Shown piece by piece: positions 43,712-44,217 of a stretch of DNA of 44,217 nucleotides. A model generated the notes under the pieces. That model was not told where the DNA came from and did no database searches. It was given only the letters and a program-made list of their open reading frames with translations. The DNA is from an uncultured Chloroflexota bacterium (GTDB lineage Bacteria > Chloroflexota > UBA11872 > VXNJ01): positions 9,849 through 54,065 of the forward strand of contig CAZVZW010000002.1 in the NCBI GenBank assembly GCA_964631365.1, in the 5' to 3' direction. A program made the translations under genes and the position numbers. Position 1 is the first letter of the stretch, and each line of letters starts with the position of its first letter.

Positions 43712-44128
43712 GCCCGCAAAGCTCCTGGTTGCATTGTCTACGTAGGGGGAGGCCTGAATGCGATGTCCGGCGTTGGGGGGAACTCCCGGCCTAGTGTAGC
43801 CAGCCGGCCGGACCCCGCCAAGGCCGGGCCTGCACCCGGTTTGATCAGCTACTCCACCACACACGGGTACCTATTATGACCCAACTATTTCGGATTGGCG
43901 AACAGCCTGCCCTTTTCCAGATTTTAGGAGTACAGAGCGTCCAAGGCGGGTGCCGCGGGGTGAGTTGGGAAGGGGGCTCGAGCGCGGTTATTCCCTGTGC
44001 AACCCGCTTGACACATGGGGGATTCCCCTGCATCATCACTCGCCTAGGGAGGTTCTATGCATCGACCCGGTCCTTCCCCGGCCAGGTTTCTAGCATGACC
44101 TCATGTGTTATCGATTTGGGGGACAGAT

Positions 44129-44217
44129 TTGCGGTTAACACGAAGACGAGTACTTACTGGGATGGCCGGTACAGCTGGCATAGCCGTTCTCGCTGCTTGC
44201 GGCGAGGAAGAAAAGGC
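44129..44217 (+). CDS. 5' end of a TAT-signal lipoprotein gene (possibly another solute-binding protein); continues beyond the window
   Basis: TTG sits behind GGGGGA. The product reads (M)RLTRRRVLTGMAGTAGIAVLAACGEEEK, with a twin-Arg n-region and the lipobox LAAC. Only 29 codons are visible. Confidence 0.4.
   Translation, partial: MRLTRRRVLTGMAGTAGIAVLAACGEEEK

Noticed and set aside
1-44217. CRISPR arrays, rRNA genes, IS elements or transposases, integrases, toxin-antitoxin pairs, or phage structural modules anywhere in the window.
   Set aside because: I noticed no regularly spaced direct repeats. No ORF in the six-frame track shows DDE, tyrosine- or serine-recombinase, Cas or capsid-like motifs. 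The only RNA gene found is tRNA-Pro.

Overview
Visibly GC-rich, densely coding bacterial chromosome segment. The gene content suggests a monoderm-type lineage: murT-gatD, an alaS-ruvX-mltG-pepP-efp string, and TAT-lipoprotein solute-binding proteins with Glu/Val-rich linkers. A Chloroflexota-like origin is only a guess. The window has three parts. (1) 1-12.4 kb is a housekeeping core: alaS, a baseplate-J-like membrane protein, ruvX, mltG, an M24B aminopeptidase, efp, a BCCP-like protein, secDF and a YeiH-family transporter. (2) About 12.58-35.03 kb is a ~22.4 kb accessory-looking catabolic block. On the left it ends at a sharp junction of two truncated genes (a comM 5' fragment meeting a URO-D-like 5' fragment). 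On the right it ends at tRNA-Pro(CGG). It holds 20 intact genes: an ABC importer, iclR, four phosphotriesterase-family (Php-like) paralogs (three in tandem), two Gfo/Idh/MocA dehydrogenases, two enolase-superfamily enzymes, two amidohydrolase_2 paralogs, a formamidase, an M20 amidohydrolase, a creatininase-family protein, a UxuA-like protein and an AiiA-like metallo-beta-lactamase-fold protein that has lost the HxHxDH motif. A shared palindrome, GTTGCG-N5-CGCAA, sits in all three divergent promoter regions of this block and is a candidate IclR operator. I read the block as a candidate, so far undescribed, lactone/lactam ring-opening and oxidative catabolic locus. That reading is inference. (3) 35.1-44.2 kb is core again: a GlcE-like protein, murT-gatD, an alpha/beta hydrolase, lysA, an orphan 486-aa protein, an NHL-repeat lipoprotein and the start of another lipoprotein. 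I found no CRISPR array, rRNA, transposase, integrase or phage structural module. Many long antisense ORFs in the track are GC-driven shadow ORFs.
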